A stretch of 64,000 nt of DNA, from positions 56,606,001-56,670,000 of the forward strand of contig NC_088854.1 in NCBI RefSeq assembly GCF_963853765.1, in the 5' to 3' direction. The notes beneath the pieces were generated by a model that was not told the DNA's origin, ran no database searches, and was given only the letters and a program-made list of their open reading frames with translations. The position numbers were made by a program, and so were the translations under genes. This DNA is from Magallana gigas. Lineage: Eukaryota. Positions 62,601 through 64,000 of the stretch are shown here, in pieces. Within the stretch, counting starts at the first letter, position 1, and each line of letters starts with the position of its first letter.

Positions 62601-63680
62601 GACTACTAGTAGAAGTTCTTTTCGCTCTAAGTTTGTGACTATTAATGCTGTACCAGGTCATTTGAATCATAAATAAAAAAAAAAAGAAAGTCTGAAATAC
62701 TATTTTAAATTAAACTCTGTCTTTAAGCTTAAGTGTTTATTGGGTGTACATGGCTACACACTCAATTACAATCGGTTGGTTATTAAATACATGTACCATG
62801 TACTAATTGAGTGTTTGCATAACTGCATACTTTTTGTAGGACCTTGAGTTAATGAGACTAGGGGACCAGACCTTGGTTGGTGAGAAAGGTTTGTTGCTGA
62901 GCGGGGGTCAGAAGGCCAGACTCACACTTGCAAGGTACTCAGTGATGTTAAGTGAAAACCTATCACTTTCAAATGAACATCTCTAACAAATTATGAAACA
63001 CGTTCTTAGTTTAATCGACGCAGAAGCAAATCCATGAAATTATATTCCATCTTGAGATTCCATAAAAATTAGCTCTCATGAATTTTAGAAATCACAAGTC
63101 ATGCTCACTCAGTGTAATATAAACACAACTATATAAAACTGAGTTTGAAATAAAGATTCAAACATGAGTTCAGCTTCACAAAAACTAGTCATGTCATTCT
63201 TTCTTCATTGAATTATAGGACGGTGTACAGGGAAGCAGATGTGTACCTTCTGGACGATCCCCTGGGGGCGGTGGACACAGAAGTGGGCAGTCACCTGTTC
63301 CAGAGGTATGAGCAAGAGAGATAAAGGATGTACAGGAAGGCAGATGTGTAGCTGCTGGATGATCCCCTTGGGGGCAGTGGACAAATAGGTGGGGGAGTCA
63401 TTTGTTCCAGATGCAAGAGAGAGAGAGAGAGAAGGAGAGAGAGATAAGTGTACAGGGAGGCAGATGTGTACCTGCTTGACAATCCCCTGGGAGCAGTGGA
63501 CACAGAGGTGGGGTTAACCTGTTCCAGAGGTAAGAGAGAGAGAGAGAGAGAATATACTAAAATGCTGATGTCTTTCTATTTAGATGTATTTGTGAGTTGC
63601 TGAGAGGGAGCACCAGGATTTTGGTGACTCATCAGCTGCAGTATCTAAGGTCAGCTGACAGAATTGTTCTTCTGACAGAG
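47546..63680 (+). CDS. ABCC4: ABCC4/MRP4-like ABC transporter, paralog b, exons 1-15; continues beyond the window
   Basis: Exons: 47546-47613, 53302-53412, 55024-55144, 55898-56113, 56247-56336, 56437-56600, 56839-56964, 57629-57878, 58273-58437, 58686-58736, 62213-62254, 62345-62536, 62840-62934, 63219-63305, 63584-63680. Every exon has the same length as in paralog a and no stops were seen. Intron 11 has a GC donor. Confidence 0.88.
48962..49923. mobile_element. Non-autonomous hairpin-ended DNA element in ABCC-b intron 1
   Basis: ~140-bp palindrome at 48962-49101. A 12-bp inverted repeat TTTATCTCATAC (49105-49116) / GTATGAGATAAA (49912-49923). A second hairpin CCCGTGTGATA/TATCACACGGG at 49864-49896. 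Confidence 0.6.
49924..50630 (+). mobile_element. Gypsy/Ty3 integrase remnant
   Basis: Degenerate YYMPNLYK..C...[26 protein letters not shown], then [33 protein letters not shown] (rve core) and TQTWDIHLN. Confidence 0.8.
51266..51733. mobile_element. TA-flanked MITE with long TIRs (same family as 17728-18190)
   Basis: TA-TACTCTGTCCCAAGATATTTTGGATTCACGTTTGG ... CCAAACGTGAATCCAAAATATCTTGGGACAGAGTA-TA. Confidence 0.9.
52851..52968 (-). mobile_element. Short 3'-end copy of the Penelope-like element also present at 59160-59310
   Basis: CAAAGCAGAGCAACAC.GA.C...AAAAAGATAGAGG..GGATCAGGTG...GGAGTGAGCATCCTC.GCTGACCG is shared with 59215-59295. Confidence 0.7.
53088..53242. other. Assembly gap (N run)
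   Basis: Run of N. Confidence 1.
53959..54540. mobile_element. Probable MITE in ABCC-b intron 2
   Basis: Imperfect TIRs AAAGGACTCGGTGCGG ... CCGCACATAGTCCTTT. Confidence 0.5.
59501..61498 (+). mobile_element. HINE (non-autonomous Helentron) carrying a satellite array, ABCC-b intron 10
   Basis: TT insertion site. Subterminal IRs GCTCACCTGAG (59507-59517) / CTCAGGTGAGC (61467-61477). (GTCY)n microsatellite at 59555-59610. 3' hairpin GGCC-AATG-GGCC. Confidence 0.9.
59790..61150. repeat. Tandem array of ~8 monomers of 165-173 bp (oyster Cg170/HindIII-like satellite)
   Basis: AGGAAAGCTGAAACT recurs at 59806, 59971, 60141, 60308, 60476, 60649, 60814 and 60979. The family name rests on monomer length and recalled sequence, not on a search. 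Confidence 0.9.
63326..63550 (+). repeat. Two degenerate duplicates of ABCC-b exon 14, each followed by (GA)n
   Basis: 63326-63447 (in-frame TAG, indels) and 63448-63550 (DD>DN, 1-nt deletion, keeps the CAGAG|GTAAGA donor). Confidence 0.88.
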
Positions 63681-64000
63681 GTTTGTTCAACTTAAAGCTA
63701 ACATGAATTCATAAAAGCATTTGGTCGCCATATTAGTTTCGATCGCTCCTCTACTGCCACTGGGGTATATATACCGGTTGAGAAAGTTACGGTCGGTTGC
63801 TTTCCGATCGAGGCTTTCAGTATGCACGGACTTCTAATTGCATGAACTACACATTGTAGTAAAATGTTTGTAGTAAAGAATAAAGAAAACAACAATCAAT
63901 GAAATACAAAATATATTTATTCTTTGAAAGGATTTCCAGATAACTTTACTATTTTGCACAGACAGTGCTGCATCACTTCGCATTCACATCGAACACGTGT

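Overview
AT-rich, intron-rich animal genomic DNA, most likely a bivalve (oyster-like), judged from the Helentron-type elements with a ~166-bp satellite and the mollusc-style repeats. There are two scaffold gaps (34307-34514, 53088-53242). Genes reconstructed exon by exon: the 5' end of TAF1 (-); a 709-aa coiled-coil protein with a Mieap/SPATA18-like C-terminal domain (+); an 8-exon peptidase E (alpha-aspartyl dipeptidase) (+); two tandem BTB-BACK-Kelch paralogs (-); and two tandem short-form ABCC4/MRP4-like transporters (+), one complete (29 exons, 1326 aa) and one running off the window after exon 15. Mobile DNA is dense. It includes a complete 358-bp miniature LTR retroelement whose LTRs each contain a tRNA-like Pol III promoter (tRNA-His PBS, PPT, CATG TSD; Ajax-like), with an older inverted relative beside it. 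There are also L1/Tx1, CR1/RTE-X-like, Penelope-like, Gypsy integrase and hAT remnants, two HINE elements, several MITEs and hairpin elements. The most unusual observations are the tRNA-LTR element, an intronic repeat array whose unit is a DR5 nuclear-receptor element, recurrent duplication of exon/splice junctions in both ABCC genes, back-to-back splice donors suggesting a very compact kelch/ABCC bidirectional promoter, and a long hairpin with two tandem G.A mismatch motifs. All coordinates and family calls were made by eye, with no database searches.
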